64,000 nucleotides of DNA from IMG/VR virus record IMGVR_UViG_3300037067_026422. One strand, given 5' to 3'. The stretch is from a virus. Taxonomy: Duplodnaviria > Caudoviricetes. Position numbers and translations under genes: made by a program. This document shows positions 31,870-42,324 of the stretch, piece after piece; position 1 is the stretch's first letter; the number at the start of each line of letters is the position of its first letter. The notes under the pieces are model-generated. The model was not told where the DNA came from, made no database searches, and saw nothing but the letters and a program-made list of their open reading frames with translations.

Positions 31870-33410
31870 AAAACAGGAGGCTTTATAATAAAGCCTCCTA
31901 TGCTCTTCACCCATAAAAATTAATACCTACCCCCTAACAAAATAAGGCTCTACCTTATATCCTGATACATAGAACCTGATAGGTACCCCTACCTGGATAT
32001 CCTCATACTGATATCCCATTTATTCACACTTTACATCTATTCCCTGAATAAAACGGGGTACCCAGGTTCTATCTTATATCCTCCCCCATACTGATATCCC
32101 CTTATTATAGGGGGTACCCCTCCTTATTTTACATAGTTATATCTTATAGTACCCCTAATCTTCTATGGGGTATCCCTGTACTTATATATAGTATCTATGA
32201 AAATTGATACTGTATCACGCACCCGTTACCCCCTCTTCTATCCCAACCAAGGAGAGATATTTGAGTATCACCAAGATCACTTTTGATAAATTACCCAACG
32301 AAACACCAGCCCACTTCAAGGGTAGAGTCAAGAGATCCATTGCAAACATACGCAAACACAACCATAAAACCACAATATTAGGCATCTCTAACCTACAAGT
32401 AACTATCCAGGCTCCTATGATAGCAATTTCATATGTCATACCCAAGATTATATAGGAACAAAGCCTACTACAGCTTTCCCCCATCCTTTTTCTGATAGAA
32501 GGAGAAGGAATCCAGGCTCTATCTTATATCCTTCTCCATTAATACCCAAGCTTCTCATGGAATGATCATGACATGGGAATCGAGCTTCTTCATTAGAACC
32601 TCATTTCCATAGGTATGCTGCTGCTATTGCTCTTGGGTAAGCATAGCATACACACGTCAAGCTTCTATATTAGAACCTTATATCCAAGATACACACCAAT
32701 CTATCATGAAAAGGATCATCTCATGAGTCAATGGGTATATCATACACACCTTATATTGACAAATACTATATTCATTTTATTGACATTGTATTATTCTTGT
32801 CTTGACATTCGATTTCATAAGTCATTGTCTTATAGTGTTATATGAAGACCTTGACGTCGGGACTCGGCGGGTCAGATGCTTGAGGAAGCGCAGACAACCC
32901 AACCACCTCCCCCATCCAATCAGCATTCTGATTCAATTATTCATCAATTACTCATCGATTACTCCTCAATTTCATCCCTCTCCTACCAAGACAATTTCCC
33001 CCTAATCTCCCATAAACATCAAGTCTAATCTACCTACAATTCTTCTCATCTTCTCTACTACTCATTCTAATATTTCAATCAATATCTACGGGGGTTTCAT
33101 TAATTTCTCTTTTCATTTCTCTTTCATTTTCCTTTATTCTCTTTCATTAACATACAGTATTAGTATTTAATCAAAGTCTATCTTATCTTTCTCTCTACCT
33201 CTTAATTTCCTGTCATGTACCGTACCTTCTATAATCTTTTCTAATTACTCTCTAATATTAGCATAATCTTTCTAAGATAAAGATAACCTTACTTGTATAT
33301 TCCTTTATTTCCTATAAATTTGAAGATTCTCTTATACCTATCTGTTTTTTACCTGTTCCTTATCAGTATAGGCTGGTTAAACTGACTAAACTGATTAGAG
33401 GGTCATTGTA
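31870..33410. other. Largely non-coding region with strand-skew switch (candidate replication origin or terminus region)
   Basis: Few credible ORFs; six palindrome copies; G-poor up to ~33360, then abruptly G-rich, while genes stay on the + strand. Confidence 0.55.
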
Positions 33411-33412
33411 TT

Positions 33413-33745
33413 ATGGGGGGAGGAGTATATATGTCGTTACCGTTATCATTACCCTTACCGTTACCATGTAACTGTGAGTTGATAGTTAGTTATTGGCAGG
33501 AGTTAGCGATAGTGATATTAGAAGCGGATCAGAGGTCTACTGTAAGATATTATTGTACTATGCGGGTATTAGCTACAGAGGGGTTAGTATTTGGAGACAT
33601 CAATAGAAGAGATCCTTATACTACTTTTATTTTTATAGGGGGGATAAGATCATATCGAATATTTGATATGAGGGATATACCGCTTATTATAAACTGGAAG
33701 TGGATGAGTGAGGCATTTAAGCGTAAGTTTTTATTGGATGGGTGA
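33413..33745 (+). CDS. Hypothetical protein, tag subtype B
   Basis: Ends FDMRDIPLIINWKWMSEAFKRK; true start probably ~33431. Confidence 0.7.
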   Translation: MGGGVYMSLPLSLPLPLPCNCELIVSYWQELAIVILEADQRSTVRYYCTMRVLATEGLVFGDINRRDPYTTFIFIGGIRSYRIFDMRDIPLIINWKWMSEAFKRKFLLDG

Positions 33746-33825
33746 TCTTCAAAACTTTCATTGTTGATTATACACATTGGGCTATTGGGCTATTGGGCTA
33801 TATACACATTAAATAAGGGTGGGAT

Positions 33826-34884
33826 ATGATTATCAAATCTGTTGCATTATTTTTCTGTGAGGGTGGATCGGATAAAGAGTATGGGATACAGCTTATACAT
33901 GATACAATTTCGGATACTTATTCTGTGAAGGTGCAGTGGGGGCGTAGAGGTTCTACGTTACAGTCTGGTATGAAGAGTACCGGGGTGAGTTTGAGTGTAG
34001 CAGAGAAGGTCTATGATAAGTTATATGCTGAGAAGGTGGGTAAGGGGTACAAGGAGGGTATTGTTTCTGGTACGGCATATACTCCGGTAGTTTCTGTAGT
34101 TTCTGTTGATATGGGTGAGCGGTTTATTCCTCAGCTTCTCAATTCTATTTCAGGGGATATGCTTGAGCAGTATTTGTGTGATGATGCCTATGGGATGCAG
34201 GAGAAGAAAGACGGGAAGCATGTTATGTCATGTTACCGGGATGGTTGTTTTACCGTTTATAACAAGAAGGGGAAGCAGATAGGTTATCCTTCCTGTTATA
34301 AGGATGCTTTATTTGATTCTTGTGTGCTTGATGGAGAGGCCATCGGGGATGTACTTCATGTTTTTGATCTTCTTGAGTTAGAGGGTCAGGACTTACGGGG
34401 TAAGACTTATGTAGAGCGGTGGCATAAATTAAGTCTTATGAGTTTTGGGGAAGCCATTCATCTTGTTCCTCTTGCTATCGGGTATGCTGCCAAGAAGAAA
34501 TTATATGATGCTCTTGTTGGGGGTCATAAAGAGGGGGTAGTTTTCAAGAAGTTGGCTTCGTTGTATACTCCCGGAAAATCCCACAGTGACATGTTCAAAC
34601 TGAAGTTTTATTCGACTTGTTCGGTGCGGGTATGTGATGGTCGTGTGGGTAAGCATTCGGTGGGGCTTGAGATATTGGATGGTACGAAGTGGGTGGGTGT
34701 CGGGCACGTCACGATAGCTCCTTCGGTTGTTCTTCCTTCAGTGGGTACGGTTATCGAGATCCGCTACCTTTATGCTTATGAAGGTGGGTCATTGTATCAG
34801 CCTACGTATCTTGGTCTTCGTGATGATGTTGATGAAAATGAGTGTGTGATCGGGCAGCTCAAGTATAAGTCTACTGAGGATTGA
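33826..34884 (+). CDS. WGR-domain ATP-dependent DNA ligase
   Basis: N-terminal SDKEY...QWGRRG...EKVGKGY; motif I EKKDG; LDGE; FDLL; EGVVFK; C-terminal OB fold EIRY...G.L.QP.Y.GLRDD. Confidence 0.9.
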   Translation: MIIKSVALFFCEGGSDKEYGIQLIHDTISDTYSVKVQWGRRGSTLQSGMKSTGVSLSVAEKVYDKLYAEKVGKGYKEGIVSGTAYTPVVSVVSVDMGERFIPQLLNSISGDMLEQYLCDDAYGMQEKKDGKHVMSCYRDGCFTVYNKKGKQIGYPSCYKDALFDSCVLDGEAIGDVLHVFDLLELEGQDLRGKTYVERWHKLSLMSFGEAIHLVPLAIGYAAKKKLYDALVGGHKEGVVFKKLASLYTPGKSHSDMFKLKFYSTCSVRVCDGRVGKHSVGLEILDGTKWVGVGHVTIAPSVVLPSVGTVIEIRYLYAYEGGSLYQPTYLGLRDDVDENECVIGQLKYKSTED

Positions 34885-35318
34885 TTGAGGAGGTTCCATG
34901 TCTAAAATTTATGTGGTGATTGAAGCTGACAGGGATGTCAGTATCTATGGGGTATATGATCGGGAAGGCTTCAAGGAGTTCGTCACTGAAATGAAGAAGC
35001 AAGGACGATGGAGTCGTCTATACACCAGAGATGATTCCGGAAAAGAGAGGTTCTGGAAGAGGCAGTGGACGAATCCCATGTGGAGTAGGTTCAAAGTCAT
35101 TTCTTATACTCTCAACAAACAGGATTACGGGATGCAGATTGATTGGTGGAAGTTTCGATAGCTGAGGGGGTTTGATTAGTTATCTATTGTGGAAGTTTAT
35201 CCTGGATTATTTGAACGGTGATAACTGTATGGGGGTATCAGTTACAGACATTAGCAGTCAGGAGTTAGCAGTCAGATAGCTTACTTAATTCTTTTCATTT
35301 TTATGAAGGAGTACATTC

Positions 35319-35819
35319 ATGTATAAGATACTATCATTTATTTTTCTGATTATTTTTATGGTTTCTGCTGATACTACCTACACTACTATCGGGGATGGGA
35401 TCATCAAGTCCTATGACAGATTTGATGACTCATGGATAGATTATTCTTCAGAGCTATTCACCTTGAAAAAATCAGGGGAGCCTGACATATCCTGTAAGCT
35501 TGTCCGTAGGAACAATAGTATGTTTCTATACATCGATACTCATAAGTTATCTCATGGTGTCATTATCAAGTTACTTACCGAAAACAATAAAGTCATCACG
35601 CATCGTTTTGGATTGGATGATAAACTTTTCAAGCTTCATAAGAGAGATATAAAAATCCTTAAAAAATATTTCATTACTTCTATCCGGGTAGTTACTTCTG
35701 ATTATGATATTGATCCTTTGATAAGAACTGATATGTCCCGTGCTTTTATTTCATTGTGTGAAATAGACCGGCATCTGACTATAAAAAAGAGACACATTTT
35801 TAAAAGCAGATCATTATGA
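35319..35819 (+). CDS. Secreted hypothetical protein
   Basis: N-terminal signal-peptide-like segment; AAGGAG RBS. Confidence 0.7.
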   Translation: MYKILSFIFLIIFMVSADTTYTTIGDGIIKSYDRFDDSWIDYSSELFTLKKSGEPDISCKLVRRNNSMFLYIDTHKLSHGVIIKLLTENNKVITHRFGLDDKLFKLHKRDIKILKKYFITSIRVVTSDYDIDPLIRTDMSRAFISLCEIDRHLTIKKRHIFKSRSL

Positions 35820-36376
35820 GTGATGCGAGTGCTGCAAACTATGACAAGCTTCGTTTAGGGGCTACTCTTTCTTCCTTTGATGGGGACAACAACAATCATG
35901 GAGATTGCTTTAATTACGGATCAGTCAGTGGGTGCGATGAGGATTGTCCTGCCATGCTGGATAATCGGTGTGAGATATACACATCTGAATTTGTGGAACG
36001 CATAGGAACTCCATTGGATAAAACAAACACTTAGCTACAAACTATTATCGGCTTTTTATTAAAAATGTTGGGGTGTCTTATGTTTAATCTTTTTCATTCC
36101 CGTACAGAAAGAGACATAGAAAAGCTCATCACAGCTGCTAAAAGTACAGGCATAAAAATATTGCACATTGATCAGGTCAACGATATCATTACGATCACTG
36201 CCCAAAATGATGATCTTATATGTTTTTCAAAAAGACCACTTCGAAGAAGTATTAAAGCTGCCTTACTATGGATCAAGGACAGGGCAGCCAGTAAGATTTC
36301 TGTCCTATGAAGACCTATACTGATCCATCCATAACACTTTCTTTTATTCAGTGCTTAAAACTGAGGAGGTTTTTAT

Positions 36377-37087
36377 ATGATACGACTTAAGACTTATCCT
36401 GTAGATGAGATCCTTCCGCATATCATACCAGGAGGAAGACTTACTCTTGATGGTGAGACGGTAGGGGTAGGATCACTACGGATGCAGACGTTTGGTACGA
36501 AGGGGATAGTATGCGTAGGGTGTGGTCTTACTGGATCCTTTTTCGCTATGGAGCGTGACAGTGGTTCCCCGACATATCATCTGAATCTCTATGCTTTAGA
36601 TTCTGATGGTCGTGAGATACTTATGACTCATGATCATATACTGGCTCGTGCTGATGGGGGCAAGAATCATCTCTCGAACACACAAACGATGTGTGCCCCC
36701 TGCAACTTCAAGAAAGGTTCGATAGCTCATGATGGTGGTAGTGTCTTCAGTATCGGTGCTATGGAAAGGCTTATACGAAGTACCTATGAGCCTCTCAAGA
36801 AAAATGCCCGAAATCTTATGCGGCTTATGGAGGGGGATGCTGCTATGCTTGTGGCATTTCAATCTTTTCTTTTATCCATGAACAAGGTACAGGGTAAAAC
36901 GATCAAGACATATGCTTTAAATGATGTACCGGAGGGGATAGAATTAGAGGATTTTGATACTCATCATAAGACTTTTATTCCTATCGGAGAAAAGATAGTG
37001 ATAGTAGTGTGTGAGAGTGGCTTTTATATCTACCGAAGGGATACACGTGAACGGTTACATATTTCAGTAGGAAAGGATTTGTCATGA
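36377..37087 (+). CDS. HNH endonuclease domain protein
   Basis: CVGCG...THDHILARADGGKNHLSNTQTMCAPCN. Confidence 0.85.
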   Translation: MIRLKTYPVDEILPHIIPGGRLTLDGETVGVGSLRMQTFGTKGIVCVGCGLTGSFFAMERDSGSPTYHLNLYALDSDGREILMTHDHILARADGGKNHLSNTQTMCAPCNFKKGSIAHDGGSVFSIGAMERLIRSTYEPLKKNARNLMRLMEGDAAMLVAFQSFLLSMNKVQGKTIKTYALNDVPEGIELEDFDTHHKTFIPIGEKIVIVVCESGFYIYRRDTRERLHISVGKDLS

Positions 37088-37496
37088 AAATAGCATTACG
37101 GTATCACGACAATGATTTCCTCAACACCTTCATGGGAGTGATGAGGACGATACTTATCTTTTACAGGTTTGAGAAGATCTTTCCGTTCACGAAAGAACAG
37201 CTTCTTGATATGATCAACCACATGTCTTATGCTCACTATCGTCTCTATCAAAATAAATATCGGGATGTAGGACATCCCGATACCCATATTGAAACTTATC
37301 TACAGCTACAGATTACCGATGTTCTGATAGGACCTGAAGTGGATGCTTACATTCTTTCATGTAATTCCTGGGACAACTCCGAAACAGTGATCCTTGATAC
37401 CGATCTGGATTACCCCGGCTCCGACCCTATTTATCTTATCTGATCCTGGGTTATCCATGTCTGAACCTGCTTATTATATTATTCTAAAATTTATCC

Positions 37497-37525
37497 TTGA
37501 TGGATTCAATCTAAAAAAGTATATT
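37497..37525 (+). promoter_or_regulatory. Sigma70-like promoter TTGATG-N17-TATATT
   Basis: Member of a family TTG(A/T)NN-N17-TATATT, also at 19126, 41378, 50720, 58278, 61052 and 61636. Confidence 0.7.
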
Positions 37526-37543
37526 ACCAGTATGGGGGTTTTT

Positions 37544-38707
37544 ATGCAGAAGCGATTCATGAATGACTATGCGGATATCCTGCAGGAACAGAGGAATGTA
37601 GAAGCCCTCCGTATGCAACCGGTTACTGCTGCTACCCTCACCGATAAACAACCGGTATCTGTGCTTGCATCTCTCATTAAGATGTGGCCTACCCATGATC
37701 TTCGGTATGAGGTACAGGGGGGGCATCTGGAAGATGCTCTCATGACGGATATGATGAAGAGTATGTTCCTCAAGATTATCCGTACTGATATTAGTACAGG
37801 TATGGTAGAGGGTATGGTGGAGTTTATCAGCAACCTTGATCAAATTGAACGCTATAATACAGCTGTCCAACACCACAACAAAGAATGGATCAATCAGGGT
37901 TCCCCGGTTACTGACTTTGATCCGGTACATGGTGAGATCAGCAGAGTCAAAGATAACTTTGTAGATCCGGTATATCTCCAAGGTACAAACTATTCTCTCC
38001 CCCCCTCGGTATATCGTGATAGCTCTTCGGGGAGTCTTGCTTGTGCGAAGCCTAAGATGCTTCGCAGATCATATGTACGACTCAAGTATCAAATGAGCAT
38101 CCTTGATACCCTGTTTGTGTTGGGGTATGCTGTTTATGATTCTCAGGATCAGATCATATATTACAATGAAGTTTCCCATCACGATCTTGCTTATCTTGTT
38201 CGGAGATCGGTACAGGAGATATGGGGGAATCATACAGTAAAGGGTCAGTATCCTAAAAGGCTTCTTGATGGTATATCATATCTTCTCAATGGGGATAAAA
38301 TACCTATCTGCAAAAGGGATAATAAATTTCCTGAGTTCATAAGAAGTGAAGATACCAAAGTCAAATCTACTAAAACCATACGCAGGATGGAAGAGGATAT
38401 CAGCACTCTTAAGATAGCTATTAGTTCTTCAGCTTATGTGGCACCATTATTTTGTATCTTAGGGTTTATAGGGTGTTTCATTTGGATGGCTTATCTGGTA
38501 GCTTCGGATGATTTCAATCTTCTTATGGGGGACCAAATCTACAGGGGAGGTATACAATCAATTTTTTATCTCGTCGTGGAGGTCATACTTAAACCCCCCA
38601 TGATGGGATGTATCTTACTTTTGATTCTGACGATATTTTTCAGGAAGTTGTCTCAGCAAACTGAAAGAAAAGTATCTGAGCTTACTGCTCAGAAAAAATT
38701 CATATAA
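37544..38707 (+). CDS. Membrane protein with two C-terminal transmembrane helices
   Basis: Hydrophobic segments near the C-terminus; start placed downstream of the promoter. Confidence 0.75.
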   Translation: MQKRFMNDYADILQEQRNVEALRMQPVTAATLTDKQPVSVLASLIKMWPTHDLRYEVQGGHLEDALMTDMMKSMFLKIIRTDISTGMVEGMVEFISNLDQIERYNTAVQHHNKEWINQGSPVTDFDPVHGEISRVKDNFVDPVYLQGTNYSLPPSVYRDSSSGSLACAKPKMLRRSYVRLKYQMSILDTLFVLGYAVYDSQDQIIYYNEVSHHDLAYLVRRSVQEIWGNHTVKGQYPKRLLDGISYLLNGDKIPICKRDNKFPEFIRSEDTKVKSTKTIRRMEEDISTLKIAISSSAYVAPLFCILGFIGCFIWMAYLVASDDFNLLMGDQIYRGGIQSIFYLVVEVILKPPMMGCILLLILTIFFRKLSQQTERKVSELTAQKKFI

Positions 38708-38727
38708 CCAACTAAAAAGGATGTACT

Positions 38728-39033
38728 ATGATCAAGATACTTGAAGCGTTATTAGAGCACTTTGCTTCTCACCCATACACTCTGGATGAGAACTATTTTA
38801 TCAGGACTGTCACGCATCACTACACGGGAAAGCTGGTCCGGATTTTTAAAGATGAGCTCGTACTTAAAAATGCTTGCTGGATCCCGGATGATGGGCGGTT
38901 TGCTGATGCTCTCAAAACAGGAAACTTTAATGAAGTAGAACCCTATCCGGTTGAGAACCCAATAATATTAGGCAGGGGTGCAATCATTGATGCACAGATA
39001 TTTAATCATCCACTACCTGAGAAACAAAAATGA
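38728..39033 (+). CDS. Small Sm/SH3-like phage protein
   Basis: YFIRTVT..YTG.L.....ELVL..A.WI.D.GRF.DAL..G...EVEP motif; I recall this type preceding Ser-rich ORFs in other phages. Confidence 0.7.
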   Translation: MIKILEALLEHFASHPYTLDENYFIRTVTHHYTGKLVRIFKDELVLKNACWIPDDGRFADALKTGNFNEVEPYPVENPIILGRGAIIDAQIFNHPLPEKQK

Positions 39034-39281
39034 GCTATCACATCCAATACCTTAACTATTTAAAAGCTAATGGTATAATAATAGAGTCCCATGATAGATT
39101 AATATTGGATGATGGGACTCTATTTAAAAGCTTATTTCCTCAAATAATAAATAATCTGATATTTAATCAGAAGATGTATATTAAGCAAGCTCCTTTGCTA
39201 TTAGCTTCTAATAATCAGCTGCTAGCTCTGACCTGTTCTTTTTGCCTTGAAAATCCCATAGAATGAGAGGCATAATTTTAT

Positions 39282-39536
39282 ATGAACCAAGTCATTATTA
39301 GAATAGGTTATGAAAATAGCAGGAGCTGTAGTGGTAGCAGAAGCTGTAGCAGTAGCAGGAGCAGTAGCTGGAGCAGTAGCTGTAGCAGGAGTGGTAACAG
39401 GAGTGGTAGCAGTAGCAGTAGCAGAAGCTGTAGCTGGAGTGGGAGCAGTAGCTGTAGTGGTAGCTGTAGTGGTAGCTGTAGTGCTAGCTGTAGTGGTAGC
39501 CGTAATGGTAGCTATAGCAGTAGCAGGAGTAATTGA
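39282..39536 (+). CDS. Leader + (Ser-X)n peptide #1 (84 aa)
   Basis: MNQVIIRIGYEN followed by alternating Ser-X. Confidence 0.75.
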   Translation: MNQVIIRIGYENSRSCSGSRSCSSSRSSSWSSSCSRSGNRSGSSSSSRSCSWSGSSSCSGSCSGSCSASCSGSRNGSYSSSRSN

Positions 39537-39537
39537 T

Positions 39538-39792
39538 ATGAATCAAGCCATTATTAGAACAGGTTATGAAAATAGCAGAAGCTGTGGCGGGAGTGGTAGC
39601 AGAAGCTGTAGCAGAAGCAGTAGTGGTAGCTGTAGCAGTAGTGGTAGCTGTAGCAGGAGTGGTAGCAGAAGCAGGAGTGGTAGCTGGAGCTATAGCAGAA
39701 GCAGGAGTGGTAGCAGGAGCTGTAGCAGGAGCTGTAGCAGGAGCGGTAGCTGGATCGGTAGCAGTAGCTATAGTGGTAGCTGTAGTAATTGA
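39538..39792 (+). CDS. Leader + (Ser-X)n peptide #2 (84 aa)
   Basis: MNQAIIRTGYEN...; tandem copy 256 bp after #1. Confidence 0.75.
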   Translation: MNQAIIRTGYENSRSCGGSGSRSCSRSSSGSCSSSGSCSRSGSRSRSGSWSYSRSRSGSRSCSRSCSRSGSWIGSSSYSGSCSN

Positions 39793-39832
39793 TATGATTT
39801 TATCCATTATTTAAAACAGGAGTGAAAGTATT

Positions 39833-40501
39833 ATGGCAGTTAAAAAGCACACAACCTTTGAAGTCAAACAAGCATCTGGTAAACTTGCTCAGGATTCTCG
39901 TGGTATAGATGTAACGGACGAGACCATCACTGTCAACAAGGCATCATATAATATCGGTGAGGCTCTTACCGCATACATCAATGCTGCTGCCCTGGAAAAA
40001 TCCAACAAGGATGAAAAGGATAAACAGGCGGACATCCTTCGGGCATTCGCAAAAAATGTCCGGGATTTTTTCTCCGGAAAAAACGAATACATCAAAACCT
40101 TCAGACTCATTGGTAAGAAGGTCGGTAAACTTCAACAAGCTGCTGATGTCGCCCATCAGGATCGGTTCTCCTTCTCCAATAACAAAGAAGACAGATCCCA
40201 ACTTAAAAAGGAACTGGAAACTTACTTCCCACAGATCTTTGAAGAAGTTACTACCATCGCCATCAAAGATACTGTCATGAAAAATGACGCAAAACGAAAA
40301 GAACTTACCAAGAAACTCATCGCTGCTCTTGGTGAGGATGGCGTAAAAGAATACTTTGATCGTTCGGTAGATTTCGATATCAAAGCTGGTCTCGCAGAAA
40401 AACTTCATAAGTTCCCGAAGAATATTCAGGTCATTCTTGATACCAAACTAAAGCAGTCTGCTGACCAGGTTAAAGATCAGTCATATATTGAAGTCGATTA
40501 A
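39833..40501 (+). CDS. Hypothetical protein (Lys-rich, helical)
   Basis: AGGAG RBS; terminator at ~40528-40556. Confidence 0.85.
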   Translation: MAVKKHTTFEVKQASGKLAQDSRGIDVTDETITVNKASYNIGEALTAYINAAALEKSNKDEKDKQADILRAFAKNVRDFFSGKNEYIKTFRLIGKKVGKLQQAADVAHQDRFSFSNNKEDRSQLKKELETYFPQIFEEVTTIAIKDTVMKNDAKRKELTKKLIAALGEDGVKEYFDRSVDFDIKAGLAEKLHKFPKNIQVILDTKLKQSADQVKDQSYIEVD

Positions 40502-40580
40502 GCTTTCATCACTTGTGCAAGTACTACAAGGGGCAGAGGATAATCTGTCCCTTTTTATTTATCCCAGGAGACTTTAAATT

Positions 40581-40826
40581 ATGCCTGCCTATACCATAAA
40601 AGATATGAAGACTTTGGCTTCCATGTCAGCAGATGGTTCCATAGCGAGTGTCTACCTGCCGGATGTGCAATACTCCCCCAGAAAGTTTAAAGATTTTCTG
40701 CTATCAAAGGGTCTCAGGAAAGATGTTAACCTGCTCTTCGATATCCCACTCAAACAGGTAGCTCTTCTCATCAACAAAGGGGAGGTATCCGGATATGTGA
40801 AGTTCAGATTTCAGATAGGCAAATAA
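40581..40826 (+). CDS. Small tag-family protein
   Basis: Ends IPLKQVALLINKGEVSGYVKFRFQIGK. Confidence 0.8.
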   Translation: MPAYTIKDMKTLASMSADGSIASVYLPDVQYSPRKFKDFLLSKGLRKDVNLLFDIPLKQVALLINKGEVSGYVKFRFQIGK

Positions 40827-40838
40827 AGGACCCACCCT

Positions 40839-41111
40839 ATGAATGAATACACCAAAGAAGATTATACGATTCTTCTCACTATTCTAAAGGATGCTTATAG
40901 AAGTACAGTACGACTAACCAATCAACCTAATCTTATTACATATCTCAACAAGATTATTCTAACCGGATTTCAGGCGCAATCCGGATATCTTAATGCATCT
41001 ACTACCAGACTTATATATCGGGCACCTCTTAACAGAATGCCTACTTTGATCAATGCTCAAAAGACTACCACGAAACTCATTGCCTCATGGAGACTCCAAA
41101 TCGGTAAATGA
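40839..41111 (+). CDS. Small tag-family protein
   Basis: Ends APLNRMPTLINAQKTTTKLIASWRLQIGK. Confidence 0.8.
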   Translation: MNEYTKEDYTILLTILKDAYRSTVRLTNQPNLITYLNKIILTGFQAQSGYLNASTTRLIYRAPLNRMPTLINAQKTTTKLIASWRLQIGK

Positions 41112-41441
41112 GTTTCTATCATACAACCTGAAAGGATCTCGATCATGAAACGTACCATCAAATTCGTCAGACAGACTACTGAAGATTCAAGTCAGTTCAT
41201 AGCCAGAGTCTTTACTTCACTTAATGACCTTCGTCAGAAATCCTGTACCTTCAACTCCCTGTCGATATCTGTTGAAAGTATTACCGAAGATCCTCTGGCT
41301 CTTATTTATCTTGTTACACCTGATAAAACTTGTAATGCTCTCACCAAGACTCCTGAAAAACTTTCTACTTGATTATTTTGTAGGATTCATTCTAAAATAG
41401 TATATTCCCATAAACTTTGTATGTTATAGGATTGGAGGTCT

Positions 41442-41762
41442 ATGTTATCTACCCCATCATCAGTACGATATACAGTAGAAGATTTAGTAATATTGAGGGA
41501 CGGGCTTACCTGTATCCTGAAAGAACATCCAGCAAATGAAGTGATCAAAAAAGTCAAATCGGCACTGGATGTGATCATCCAGAAGAGGGCCCCGGAACAT
41601 GCCAAGAAATATATCTGTACGGATGACTGTGCAAATTATACCGGAGAAGGCTACAACGCTTCCATCTATGAAGCTCCTCTCTCTTCTCTTCCTAAGATGA
41701 GAATATATGCAGGGTATCTTGGTAAGGCAATAGTGGATTGGCGACTACTACTTAATAAATAA
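41442..41762 (+). CDS. Small tag-family protein
   Basis: Ends APLSSLPKM...GKAIVDWRLLLNK; own promoter at 41378-41406. Confidence 0.8.
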   Translation: MLSTPSSVRYTVEDLVILRDGLTCILKEHPANEVIKKVKSALDVIIQKRAPEHAKKYICTDDCANYTGEGYNASIYEAPLSSLPKMRIYAGYLGKAIVDWRLLLNK

Positions 41763-42027
41763 CCTCTTTCATAAGGAATCTTATGGACCTCAAGCAGGCA
41801 AAAGAAATCTGTGTGGCTCATACCAAATGTACCTGCAAGGCAGAGTCACCTGCTGTCATCAAAAAGTACCCGGATAAAACCTGTCCCTTCCGATTGGATC
41901 CGGTAGGGTGTGGGTTTATGGATTACCCATGTTTCTGGGATGTAGATGTAATGATGATAAAAGTTTCCTTAGGAAATAAGCAAGCAAAGCCTACTACGTG
42001 AATCTTTTAATGAAAGGTAAAAATCTT

Positions 42028-42324
42028 ATGAAAAGCAAATGTGCCTGGATACTTGGCAGTATGGTAGTTGTTTTGGTTTTTGCTTTATTATTCGTAGCTC
42101 TTTCTACCCAAACCCAGAAACCAGCTGAGCAAACTATAACTTCCAATAAAAAACTGATTAATCTTCCCGTTAAAAGAAATGGGTATCTGTTACTGGGTTT
42201 GAGAGTTGAAGAAACGATGATTGATTCTTGTGAGTATTTAATAGTGCGAACTCCCACAGGTAATCATTTCACTCTTACTCACAAAGGCAATTGTCAGAGA
42301 TGCTCAAAGGGAAAAAATGACTGA
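42028..42324 (+). CDS. Membrane-anchored protein (paralog of 59707..60027)
   Basis: Shared IDSCEY...HKGNC..C motif. Confidence 0.7.
   Translation: MKSKCAWILGSMVVVLVFALLFVALSTQTQKPAEQTITSNKKLINLPVKRNGYLLLGLRVEETMIDSCEYLIVRTPTGNHFTLTHKGNCQRCSKGKND

Larger units (their letters stand above)
10074..32678. promoter_or_regulatory. Dispersed family of 19-bp palindromic sites AGGNTCT-N5-AGANCCT (candidate operators)
   Basis: Perfect palindromes at 15377, 21749, 30616 and 31878. Near-perfect copies at 13700, 13739, 16967, 17473, 17856, 24441, 26965, 31945, 32064, 32514, 32583, 32660 and many others. Confidence 0.85.

Noticed and set aside
10074-32678. Integron cassette array explaining the repeated start-site motif
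   Set aside because: No attC-like long imperfect hairpins with GTTRRRY cores and no integrase in the window.
39310-39814. Poly-Ala/Val and poly-Thr/Ala ORFs in other frames of the Ser-rich loci
   Set aside because: Probably by-products of the hexamer repeat. The Ser frame has the RBS-like context and conserved leader; dual coding is not excluded but is unsupported.
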